Assembly (NCBI RefSeq): GCF_018977255.1
Contig: NW_024704743.1
Location: 34,040,001-34,104,000, forward strand
Reading direction: 5' to 3'
Length of the DNA stretch: 64,000 nucleotides
From: Callorhinchus milii
Taxonomy: Eukaryota
In this document: positions 36,690-47,910 of the stretch, piece by piece
How positions within the stretch are numbered: the first letter of the stretch is position 1
Layout: the number at the start of each line of letters is the position of its first letter
The notes under the pieces: model-generated
What the model was told of the DNA's origin: nothing
Database searches by the model: none
The model's input: the letters and a program-made list of their open reading frames with translations, nothing else
Program-made: the position numbers and the translations under genes

Positions 36690-36904
36690 CACGTAAAGCG
36701 ATTGCAGCTCTGCAGCACTCGTGAAAGTGATCTTCCCTAATACAGTGTCGGTGGGGGCTGTGCCTGGCGCTCGGATGCCCTATAAATGCGCTGCGTGCGG
36801 GGCGCTCCGGCTTTTGTTTTGCCGGAGCGGAGCGACACCCGCAGCGGCAACAGCAGCAACAGCAGCAGCAACAGCAGCAGCGGCAGCTTTAGCGGAGTGT
36901 CAGG
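36690..36904 (+). promoter_or_regulatory. GMPR: GMPR core promoter and 5' UTR (TATAAA 36781-36786, CpG-rich)
   Basis: TATA box 124 nt before the ATG; high local CpG density; A at -3 of the ATG. Confidence 0.7.
36842..36886 (+). repeat. Interrupted CAG/CAA/CGG triplet repeat (15 units) in the probable 5' UTR
   Basis: cagcggcaacagcagcaacagcagcagcaacagcagcagcggcag. Confidence 0.9.
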
Positions 36905-36991
36905 ATGCCCCGAGTGGACGCCGATCTCAAGCTGGACTTCAAAGATGTTCTGGTGCGACCCAAGAGGAGCAGCTTGAAAAGCAGATCGGAG
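36905..36991 (+). CDS. GMPR: GMP reductase 1, coding exon 1
   Basis: MPRVDADLKLDFKDVLVRPKRSSLKSRSE, donor GTGAGA at 36992; GMPR1-type N-terminus. Confidence 0.97.
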
Positions 36992-37510
36992 GTGAGAGGC
37001 GCAGACCCCAATGCACTGGGGGGTGAACGTGCGAGAAGTTGTCCATCCAGATCTGCCTCTATCTCCACTCTCAGCTCATCTCTACCTTTATTCGACTCTC
37101 TCTCTCTCTCCCTCCCTCTCCCTCTCTCTGTCTGTCTCTGCATGATCTGAATCTTGCTCTGGGGGCTGCTCTGATCTCTCACGAAGTATATGCAATGACA
37201 AAAGTTAATGATACCAGTCTGGTTTTTTTTTCCCCCCCACCCCCTCCCCCTCACTGCTTGGCTGGTTGGTAGCTTGGAAACGAGTCCAGGGGACTAGGGG
37301 GAAGGTCAAGGCAAAGCAACTTGACACCCCCAACAGCAATAAATAGCCCCTGAGATTTCCTTGATGAACTTTGGTAAACGGACTGGATTCGACGCAGCGT
37401 TTACTCTCACCCGTGCCCCTCCGCCCGCAGTTTCCATTTCCGTGGGTGCCAGCCTTCTTATTCGCTTCTGGCAAATAATAACCTTCGAACGTTTCTTCTA
37501 ATCGAATCCA

Positions 37511-37690
37511 AAATTAGAATTTGGTCGCTCAATCCGCGGCTGTTTGTGGGGACGCTGCTGCGCGCAATTGGCTGCCGCGTTTCGCCCACAAAATATACGG
37601 TCAATTCACTTTGCAGTATGCGCTGTGAAGCGCTTTGAGACGTCTCGAAGACGTGATAAGGCGCTATATCAAATGCAAGGATTATTATTG
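37511..37690 (+). mobile_element. SINE 3' half, unusually CpG-rich
   Basis: Same body and tail as the other SINE copies but CpGs retained. Confidence 0.85.
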
Positions 37691-38278
37691 TTTGATGCAT
37701 TTTCACCCACGCTTTATTGAATCAAAAAAACACTTTCAGCTGTAATGAGACCCTGAGTGCAGCCTCGGATGAGTGCATCAGTGTTTAATGTCCATTTGCC
37801 CACAATCATACATACATTTGCACAATCATTAGCAATTGATTTGGGTAAGATGCAATATTCGCATCATTTCTCACCCTCAACCCCCACCCCCTTTTTAGAG
37901 TTCATTCACCTTCAAGCTATTTTTGCAGCTCTCCTGCCTGTGACAAAGTAAAGGATTCATGCAAAAGATCCCGTTTCTAAAATAACACAATGCTTGAGTA
38001 ACATCAAAAACCATCCATTTCATTGGGAAAAAAAAGCAGGGACTGAAACTTTAGTATAATAACAGCCAGCAGTTCCAAAATGAAAGACTGTCATTTTACT
38101 GGCAATGATAGGTTTCTATACAATCCCTTAGCTGTGTTACTAATAAAGCTCTAATTAAGATTTTGTTCTCAGTTTTGACTTGACCCACTTGCTATAAAAC
38201 ACACATTGTTTGGTTTCCAGACAGTAACTGTGATTGTATTGGGCTATGATATTGGAAAGTGAGCAGTTCTTGAGTATT

Positions 38279-38648
38279 TAATAATAATGATAATCCTTGC
38301 ATTTGATATCGCGCCTTATCACATCTTTGAGACATCTCAAAGTGCTTCACTGTAAAGAATCTACCATAAAGTGAATTGACTGTATATTTTGTGGGCGAAA
38401 CGCGGTGGGCGAAATTGCGCCCAGCAGTATCCCACAGCCTGTCATGGATTGAGTGACCAATTTTTTNAAAGAAATTATTACCCCTGGAAAAGTGATCCAC
38501 CAATCGACTAACAACCGGGTTCCTACTTACTGCTGGGTAAACAGAGACGTGTGGAGTAAGGAAACTTGGCCAACATTTTGCCCTGCCGGGAATCAAACCT
38601 AGGTCTCTCGCTTGCGTGGCAAGTGCTCTAACCACTGAGCTACAGGAC
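38279..38648 (-). mobile_element. Full-length tRNA-derived SINE (long form)
   Basis: Reverse head ctctaaccactgagctacaggac, reverse B box ggaatcaaacc, tail ataataat. Confidence 0.88.
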
Positions 38649-39217
38649 ATTTAATAAATGATTGAAGTGATCAGGCTGATTTAATGTCTTAGGTTACTGT
38701 ACCTGCAAAAACAAGCAGCAGTAGCCAACAATCCTTACATTTGATGCAGTACCTTTCACGTCAGGAAGAAATCTATGTTTCAACAATGCTTTAGCATTCC
38801 TTATTTACATAACTCATTGCTCATTTTTTCTGACATTCTGCTGCAGTACCCATTAGAGACTGACAAAAANGTAAGACAGTATAGAAATCTGGTGGGTAAT
38901 TCTCTTGAGATACATGGTCAGGTCAATAGAGGCATTGCTCAGTAAAGTAATACGTCAGTCCTCTGAGTGAATCCTGCAGGGAAATGAATGGTGCAGTGAT
39001 AGGAGAATACACCTTTGCATGTCGAGAAGTATGTAGGTTCGGAGTCTCTCCAAGAATGATACATTATACCTTTTTCATGGCACCATTAACTGGAAAGAAT
39101 TTGTGAATTTGTGCCAAAATTGACGCAGAAATTCAAGTCCAGGCTGAATTTTAGAAGCAGCTCGGGTCAGATTTTTCCATTCATGCCAGACACTGGCACC
39201 TTCTCCCGTTTACTAAG

Positions 39218-39440
39218 ATGGGCAAGTTTCCTTACTCCACACCTGATAGTCATCCCTCAAGAAAAAAGTAACAATAATAAATTGTTCACTTTAATCCACG
39301 AGTTTGTGGGACACTGCTGTGCGCAATTGACTGCCGCATTTCGCCCACAAATATATAGTTACAGTATATTCTGTGAAGCGCTTTGAGGCGTCTAGAAGAC
39401 GTGAAAAGCGCTATATCAAATGCAAGGATTATTATTATTG
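39218..39440 (+). mobile_element. 5'-truncated tRNA-derived SINE (short form)
   Basis: gggcaagtttccttactccacac...gcgctatatcaaatgcaaggattattatt. Confidence 0.75.
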
Positions 39441-41586
39441 TTAGGTTCAAGCAAACAGGCCGGGAACTGAGCTCACAGTCTTAAACAGTGGTGGTCAGCG
39501 TTTATGTCAGCCAACAAAATAAACTGATGCCATAAATCAATAATTATTCAATCAATAAAAAACTGAAAACACATTACTGATCGAAAATGGACTTAACTAG
39601 ACTCATGCAAATGTTCGGGGCACCGATTCTTGACAGAGGCGTGGGCCACTTCCAGTCTGCAGGCCACAGGTTGGCCACCATTGGTCTAGACTAATGCACC
39701 AGTGTGATACTGATGGTGCTATACATTATCAGAGATGTCATTCTTTGGAGGAGTCGTTAAACCGAGGGCCCATCTACCTCAGGAGAAAGTTTAAAGATCT
39801 CATCACACTGTTGCTCGGGTGATAAGCAAGGAATGGTAAGAAATTTGTAGCGTTTCTGATTCCAGATAACACCTTCCAAAAAGCTGTCTGAAGCTTCAAC
39901 TTTGCCTCATCATCTATCTGAGTGGTGTACAATAATAATAATAATCCTTGCATTTGCTGTAGCATCTTTCATGTTGGGGGGACGACTCAAAGTGCTTCAC
40001 AAGAATTACTGTGAAATGGAACGACTGTGTATCAGTAAGTTAACGTGGCAGCCCTTTGACACATAGCAATGTCCTGCAAACAGCCATGAAATTAATTATA
40101 GTTGGGTGTATGCGGAGCTCCTGCCAGGTAGGAGGCTACCTCTCTGGATGGATGTTGACCTTGAGCGGCATGAAAGCAAAGGGTGAAATATTGATGTGAC
40201 TGGTTATGATATTGGAACAATTCCTCAAGTCCCGTTTTGATTGCAGTATGCTGCAAACTACACCAATGAAACATTTAATATTGATTTTATATCCCATTGT
40301 TGGAGTGACAGTGAAATGGAGGGTTGACAGTTGAGCTTCATTCTTTAGTGCAGCCACAATTCTTACATTTAGAAACTCTGGTGGTACTGTTTTCCTATTG
40401 TACCTATGGCACTATTGCGGAAGTAGTGTGATGTTGTGCAATATAAAAACGTTATTGGAGGCCGATAGATGCACCTGAATATCAGATGGTTTTATACCCA
40501 GTCCTTTTTTCTAGTTCTGTTACCGGTTAATAGGCAGGTACCTTTAATAGATTGGGGGAAAGTACCTCCAAAGCGCTGCAGATGTGTATGACATACATTC
40601 TGCTTGCCAGACTTCCCAACTCTTCCCTCCACAATCTGTAGAACATCCAGAGCTTTGCAGCTTGTGTCCTCTACCGCACCAGGCTTCGCCTACCATACCT
40701 ATCCTCACCCAGCTCCACTGGTTCCTTACTTCCAAGGATGGTGAGTTAAAGATCCTCGTCCTCTAAGGATTCTAATAGATGTTAACTTTCCACTTTTTTT
40801 TATCTCACTTCAAACAATAAAAGGCCAATGCATATGAAATATGTCAGCAAACACTTTTTCTTTATCTATCAGAGCTTCTTAGCATGATCTCAGATGAGGT
40901 TCCTGAAGCTGTTGGCTGAAATCTGGGCTACATACTATGAGGTGGATTTGTACTGTAAAGGAACTGAGTTGCTGGGAGGAAGGGAAGGCTCCAGTCTATA
41001 GCAATCTGTTCCTTTGCATTTGAAGGATTAAGGCAGCAGAATTAAGCAGGATGCCTCAGAGGCCTGTACTAGGACCTCTCCTGTTCCTTATACACGTTAG
41101 TGACCTGGATTTGTAGACTCAGTACAAGGTACTATAGTTACATTTTTGTATGATACCAAGTTGGGGGGAACTATGGATTTAGAGGAGCTTAATAGGAGAT
41201 GCACATTGGCTGATATCTGCATTCAGTGATTTCAAGTCAGATATTAAACACAAACTGCTGAAATATCCTTCTCACGGTGTATGATGCTGTGTGAAATCCT
41301 TAATTAGAAATGTTCTCCTTGTGTTTACTGTCTTATCTGATTGCCTCTTGAATTTGCTGACAAAATCTGCCTTAGGCTGTCTAGCCTATGTATTAATCAC
41401 TCTCAGTATAAAGTAATTAAGTGTAAACTGTACTGTAGAAAGGGCAGGGTCCAGAAATTAACTCAACACAAGAGGCAAGTGGCAGGTTCCATGTTGGGAG
41501 TTAGGAACAGTAGAGAGATGTACAGGATGCATTAGAGTGAGTGTAAAAAGGGCAGATATCAAATGGTCTTTTTTATCTCTCTCCAG

Positions 41587-41706
41587 GTGGATCTCAAGCG
41601 AACCTTTACATTCCGGAATTCCAAGCAGACTTTCACTGGAATCCCCATCATAGCGGCAAACATGGATACAGTCGGGACATTTGAAATGGCCCAGGTTTTG
41701 AGTAAA
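41587..41706 (+). CDS. GMPR: GMP reductase 1, exon 2
   Basis: ctccag acceptor; [40 protein letters not shown]; donor GTGGGT. Confidence 0.97.
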
Positions 41707-42494
41707 GTGGGTAATACCAATTATATCAAATTTTACCTTACCCTCTGGAACTCGCTCCCTCTACTGCTGCCATAATAATATTATTATTATTATTATCTCG
41801 CCCCTCTCTCTATCTGACTTTCCAAGCCGACCATTAAAACCTACCTTTTCAAATGCGCATATGACCCTTGGCCCCCTATCCCTTGCTTTACGTCCCCAAC
41901 ACCACGCCCCCCCCCCCAAGTGTATGATACAAAGATTTACAAAGAATATACGAAATGGACACAGGCCATTTGGTCCAAACCAGTCCACAGCAGTGTTTAC
42001 ATGAGTTTTCACCCATTCTTTATCCCCTCCCATTTCCTTCTATTCCCTTCTCCCTCATTAATCTCTCAAATACCATTGTAAAAATTGTGCACCTATCTAA
42101 GAAAAGCTGCATTGCAGCGCCACACTGGATTTTACAGTGAGGCACTACTTGTGTGCATTCTTTTGCCAACCTCAGGTATTAGCTTCAAAATCCTTTGCTT
42201 TGAGTCAGTGCTTATTTGTGCCCTGTGGGAATCACTTTTCTGTACATGGCTTACCGCAGTGTTCTGATGTACTGCATTGCTCTGATCTTGGGTTTAATCT
42301 GCGGGAGAAACATTTCAGAATAATTCATCAGAACCTTGTTGCTATGCAAAGGGATTAAAGTGTTCATCTCAGTAGAGATAGTACATTGAAGTTGACTTGA
42401 GATAGAAATTGATAACGATTGATGAGGGAGGGAAGGGGGAGAGAGAATTAAAGCTTTTTTTCTATATTGCAAATGAGCAGAGAAACAGTCATTT

Positions 42495-42830
42495 TTGATC
42501 AGCTGGATGTCTGACACATGCGGAAACCCAACTCCATGCTTAAGAGTATCCAAACCAGACTGAGAGTTCCACATAAGCCTTTATATTTTTGTTTGTCTGG
42601 AATGGTGTGCGTACTCTCATCCCAGAGGGACACACCCTGCTCATCTAATTCCAGAAAGCATTAGATATAGTTTCTCAAGAACCAATGCTTGGGGTCCCCA
42701 GAGTTTGTGCTGGAGTTCTAGTGGAGACTGGGATCACTGACCATGAAGCTTGGCCAGTTAGGGCAAACTTACCCAGTAGGGCTTTGGCTTGTGGTCTTAA
42801 CAGAGGTTCAGTGGGAAGAATCCCAATGTA
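42495..42830 (+). repeat. Unassigned multi-hairpin dispersed repeat copy
   Basis: cagctggatgtctgacacatgcggaaaccc...tatccaaaccagactgag...ctaattccagaaagcattag...gggctttggcttg. Confidence 0.7.
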
Positions 42831-45059
42831 GGTCTCTCTCGTTGTGTTGCTGCTGAAATTGCACGTGAGACGGTTTTCAAATGGTAAATATATGAAGTGA
42901 GGGAAGTGAGGAGAGGGAATCTTTCCTCATTCATGGTTTTAAGAATGTTTTCAAACCCAAACATTACTAGCATTAGTAAACACACATGGCACAGTTTTAT
43001 GTAGCAGACATGGAACAAGAAAAATCTACTTAGCCCATTACCCACATCTTCCACAGCCAAACAAAACAAAACCTGTCAAAAATCTCTTCACCCTATCAAT
43101 TAAGGTTTGTATTATCAACGTTTGGGAAGGGTTGCAGATTGGGTTAGCCATTGAGCGTGTGGGAGGGAGTGAAGAGTGTTTGAAGACTCATGCAGAGACC
43201 CGCATATAAAAATGATACTGACTTGTTGAGCTGAATGGCCTATTTGCATTCTATACAAAAATAAACAAAAAGTGCAATGGGGGAATTACAGGTGTCCACA
43301 TTCTGCACTATACAAACAAGGGTTTCAAATACCTATAAAGTTGCGCAACCTAAACATTTTGCACATATATTGTTAACCCAACCACAAATTATACCCTCTA
43401 CTCATGCAAACAGTACACTTAGCTCATTGAGATGATTACATGCAGATTTAGTCTTAACCAAGAGTACTGGAGTGAGTCAGGCTGGAATTCCAACCTACAC
43501 TGAATAAAGGCAAGACTCCCACCCGGCTGAGAAAGTGCTTATGGCACTTTCCCTCAGCTCACAAACTACTCCGTAAGTGACATACACCCAACTGAGGTAT
43601 GGTTCCTATACATGGTTGGTAATTTCATTTAGTTTGGTCTGTCTGTAGAAAGAGTCACACGCAAGATTTAAATAATATAATAATCCTTGCATTTGTACGC
43701 CTTTTCATGTCACATCTCAAAGCGCTTCAGAGGATTTTACTCTAAAGTGTAGTGGCTGTGAATTTACAGCTGTGAATTTCTGTGCTACCAACTGAGCCCA
43801 ATTAACATCTGATATGAACAACAACAACAACAACAAGATTCCATTTATTGAGCGCCTTTCACGTCGGGAGGACGTCCCAAGGCGATGAAGGAAGGCCACT
43901 GAACAAACCTCAAGCCAACATCGCAAAAGTGACAAGCCCTTTAGTGTAAACATAACCAATAGCTGCAGAAAGGGTGACCCTTTAAATCTAACAAGGACAG
44001 CACTTGCAATCTTCATATTGAGACTCTGAAGATGCGAGTACTGCAAAAGTGTTCTTAATCAATATCACTATATATCGCCGATAAGGTTTACTGTCAATTC
44101 ACTTTATTATTATTATATCCATAAGAACAGCATACCAACTGAGTTATATGGACTAAGATGTACTATTTATGTAGCATTTCAGACTGCAGAATTTGGCAAA
44201 TTGTGGAATTCAGTTTTAATTTTGAAATCCCTCTTTGATAATAATCCCTCAAAAAAAATTGGTCACTTCAATCCACGACTGTTTGTGGGACACTGGTGTG
44301 CGCAATTGGCTATTCACTTAACAGTATATTCTGTGAAGCCCTTTGAGATGTCTAGAGGACGTGAAAAGCTCTATATTAAATGTAAGGATTATTATATTAT
44401 AATGCCAGAGTTCCTACTCTCAGTATTGTAGGCTGCCCACAAACAATAGTCCTTTGGTCTTACTCCCCACCTCTAGGCAATGCATGGTATGATTTTCCTC
44501 AAAGGGTTGCTGATGATTTTTCCCTATCACGTTTGAACGGTTCCGTCCTATTGCTTGTCCCTCCTATGCAGCAAGCACTCTAATAACATTAAGAATTCCT
44601 CATAATATTTCTGAATAGATTTTTAGTGCACATGAAATATTAATAATGTAGAGTGTATTAGACATGGAACTTCTCAGTAATTGACTGCAGTTTACCTATC
44701 TCTCAGGAGACCTGCAATTACGTCATCCTATCCTAAATCCTCTTGCATGAATGCTGCCATTGATCAGCAGGAGACAATGCAGGGTTAGTTTGCCCTGTCA
44801 GCACAAACACATACCAATACAAAATAACATTCCTTCAACAGGTTTAGAAATCCTCACGTTTATATTTGGAACAACATGAGCTCTTTGGTGCATGTAGTAC
44901 CAGTGATAAGCAATGTGTAGGCGCAGGAGGAATGTCATGAGTAACACGATGGAAAGAAAAAGCAGCGAGGCTCTTGTTAAGTAAGACAATTCATATTTTT
45001 TACTGATTTGTCTTTACAAAGCAGCCATTTTGTTTTCTCATTGAAGTACATGCACGTTG

Positions 45060-45500
45060 TCAGTCTGCCGCAGTGATAGCACCTCTTGCCTCTGAGTCAG
45101 AAGGTTGTGGGTTCAAACTCCATGTCGGGACTTGGAATCACAAAGTCGAAGCTGACATTCCAATGCTGGAGAGGGTGAGGGAGTTGCATTGTCAGAGGTG
45201 CCATTCTTTGGATGAAACGTTAACCCGATTTCCGGCTGCCTGTTCAGGTGGATGTTAAAGATCCAATGGCACTCTTTGAAAAGAGAAGAGAGTTTCTCCC
45301 GGTGTCTGGGCAATAAATCTTCCAAATAAAATTGGTCACTCACTGCATGGCTGTTTGTGGGACATTGCTATGTGCAAACTGGCTGATGTGATTTGCCTAC
45401 AAAATACACAGTCAATCCACTTTACAGTATATCCTGTGAAGCGCTTTTAGATGTCTCGATGACATGATAAGGTGCTTCATCGAATACAAAGATTATTATT
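45060..45500 (+). mobile_element. SacSINE1/Deu-like SINE, near full length
   Basis: tagcacctcttgcctctgagtcagaaggttgtgggttcaaactcc head; 3' half shared with the other SINE family. Confidence 0.75.
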
Positions 45501-46154
45501 AATGTAAAATCGTAACAGAATACTGCTTTAAACAAACGTACCCAGTGTTGATTTGCCTGTTGAGGGAAGCAGTTTTCTTCACCATTCCCAATATTCTGAA
45601 ACATATATAGAGACATGTGAATTTGGAAATTATAGACCTGTGCTGAACTGTTATCTGTAATGATTGAAGAATTGGAGAGCATCATCAATGCTTATAGGAG
45701 AAGTACAGAGAAAAAGAGAACTTGCTTTTTTTCAATTTGTAGTGTACAATTATTTTTAAAATGTTCTACCCATATGTCTCTGTTCCTGGACCCCAGCCAT
45801 CTCTTGTTGGAGTATGGTTCCATGGGATTGGTTGCCCTCTAATTCCCTTCCCAAGGAGACATTTTTGATATGTGAGTTTTGGCAGTGAGTTAAAGACTGA
45901 TCTCTCCTCACACACCTGCTCCAACCCTGTATACACACACACCACACACAAACACATACACACACAACACACACAGTAAAAGCTGCTGAAGAGAGATCAG
46001 GTCCAGGAAACCCAATTGATTGTACTCTCCTAACCCTGGGAAGGTCAAAGCCAGTTTAGACAGCAAACTTAGAATGGACTGAATCAGGATCCAAACCAGT
46101 GAACTGCAGTTCTACATCATTGTACTTACCTCATCGAGTGCTATGATTTGTTTT

Positions 46155-46410
46155 TTGTCAGCTGGGTTTCTGACACATGCGGAAACCCATTACCATAAAA
46201 AATATCCAAACCAAGCTGAGATTTCCATGCAACCCATTTATACATGGAAATTCAAGAGGTAGATTGTTGGAATGGAATGCACACTCTCTCCCTGGAGGGA
46301 TGCATGCTGCCTCCCTAATTCCGGAAAGTGTTAGGCACAAGTTGGCAAAAGCCAAGGCTTGGAGACCCCAGAGTTGGGGTACTGCTGGAGTTGCTGTGAG
46401 TTGATCCAAG
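46155..46410 (+). repeat. Unassigned multi-hairpin dispersed repeat copy
   Basis: GGGTTTC/GAAACCC, ATTTCCATG/CATGGAAAT, TCCC/GGGA stems; homologous to five other loci. Confidence 0.75.
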
Positions 46411-46527
46411 CTGAAGAATTCAAAGGTAATAGGAGACGTTAACATTTTTTTTCAATGTCAGGCTGGACAATGATGACTGCATTTATAAATAAAAGCATCC
46501 AGTAATTCTCAGTTTTCTCTTTTTCAG

Positions 46528-46611
46528 CATGCGATGTTTACTGCTATTCATAAACATTATGCTCTGGAAGACTGGAAGAAGTTTGCAGCTTCCCATCCCG
46601 AATGTCTGGAG
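46528..46611 (+). CDS. GMPR: GMP reductase 1, exon 3 (absent from the ORF track)
   Basis: ttttcag acceptor; HAMFTAIHKHYALEDWKKFAASHPECLE; donor GTATTT. Confidence 0.96.
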
Positions 46612-46779
46612 GTATTTGTTTGGGAATGGCTCTGGGATATTTAGGACAGTGCCATTTATTGTTTCAGCACAATGACTGGCAAAATGAAAACACACGTTGG
46701 GGTGGAAATTGCGAGGTGTGTTGTGATAGTTTTCATATTGTTGATCAAGGTGGACTAGATCAGTCAATAATTATAATAA

Positions 46780-47180
46780 TCATGACCCTTACATTTTCTT
46801 TAGCGCTTTATATCGTTAAGACATCTCTAAGTGGTATAAATTCTGAAGTGGTATGAATGTGTTTTGTAGGGAAACACTGCAACCAATTTGCACACAACGA
46901 TGTCCCACAAACAGCCATGGTTTGAATTTATTTGGGGATTTGTTGGCCAGGTCACCAGAGAAAATCCTTTTTCTTTTTGAATAGTGCCATGGGAACTTTA
47001 ACCCCCACCTGACCGACCACAGCCTTCGGTTTAATGTCTCAGCCAAAGGATGACACTCCGACCAATACATCACCCCAAGCTCTGCATTGGAATGTCAGCA
47101 AGTCCTGAAGTGGGGCCCAAACCTACCACCTTCTTCTGACTCAGAGGCGAGAGTGCTGCCTCCAAACCAGGCTGACACAC
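46780..47180 (-). mobile_element. SacSINE1/Deu-like SINE
   Basis: ttctgactcagaggcgagagtgct (reverse head) plus body. Confidence 0.7.
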
Positions 47181-47736
47181 TTGACGCCCCCACCGCAGTA
47201 GTTGGGACTCAAGCCAGTTCACAACCATCGCTGGAGCTGCTGTCCCGTTTGACTGACATTTGAGTGCAATTTATGGGATAGCTGCTACCTCGGTTAGTTT
47301 TGTTAAACTTGGGAGGCTGCACTCAAATGCTGTAAGTGCCAGGTTCAGTGAGGGGGGCTGGGGGGTGGGGGGCGGTGCGCGGTGGTTGGTGCGGAGAGGG
47401 TGAGAAGGCTTTGGGCCCACCCAATTGTGATAAAGTTTAAAATTGAGACTTGGATAGAGATGGAAGTTTTGACAATAATAACACCAATGAGAATTATTTG
47501 TCCGTGAAACTCAGCCCAAATTGACATAGCCAGGAGAAAACTGAGAGTAAAACAGGTCTTGTTTTGAGTTTGATCAAGAAAAGTATTTTTTTGTTTTGGC
47601 TGATCAAAAAAAAAAAAAGAATGCAGATTAATTTGTACTTTTTCAGAATTTTTATGCCATGAACAACAGAAATAATGTAATGTTTCTTTCTCTCTCTGTC
47701 TCCTCTCCCCATGACTTGTTGTTTTTCTGTCTTCAG

Positions 47737-47910
47737 CACATAGCTGTGAGCTCAGGCACTGCCCAGGCAGACTTGGACAAGCTTTGCACTATTCTGGAAA
47801 CAATTCCACCCATCAAGTACATCTGCCTGGATGTTGCAAATGGTTACTCGGAATACTTCGTGGAATCTGTCAAAACTGTCCGGGCCAAGTTCCCTGATCA
47901 TACAATTATG
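47737..47910 (+). CDS. GMPR: GMP reductase 1, exon 4 (GC donor)
   Basis: cttcag acceptor; HIAVSSG...KYICLDVANGYSEYFVESVKTVRAKFPDHTIM; followed by GCAAGT. Confidence 0.95.

Noticed and set aside
36018..36718. 224-aa and 214-aa minus-strand S/L/P-rich ORFs
   Set aside because: Translations of the polypurine tract
36721..37026. 101-aa poly-Ala ORF overlapping GMPR exon 1
   Set aside because: Non-ATG start upstream of the TATA box; poly-Ala comes from the CAG repeat
42305..42340. Minus-strand TTCTGATGAATTATTCTGAAATG, hammerhead-like
   Set aside because: No convincing stem II and no flanking Penelope-type repeat
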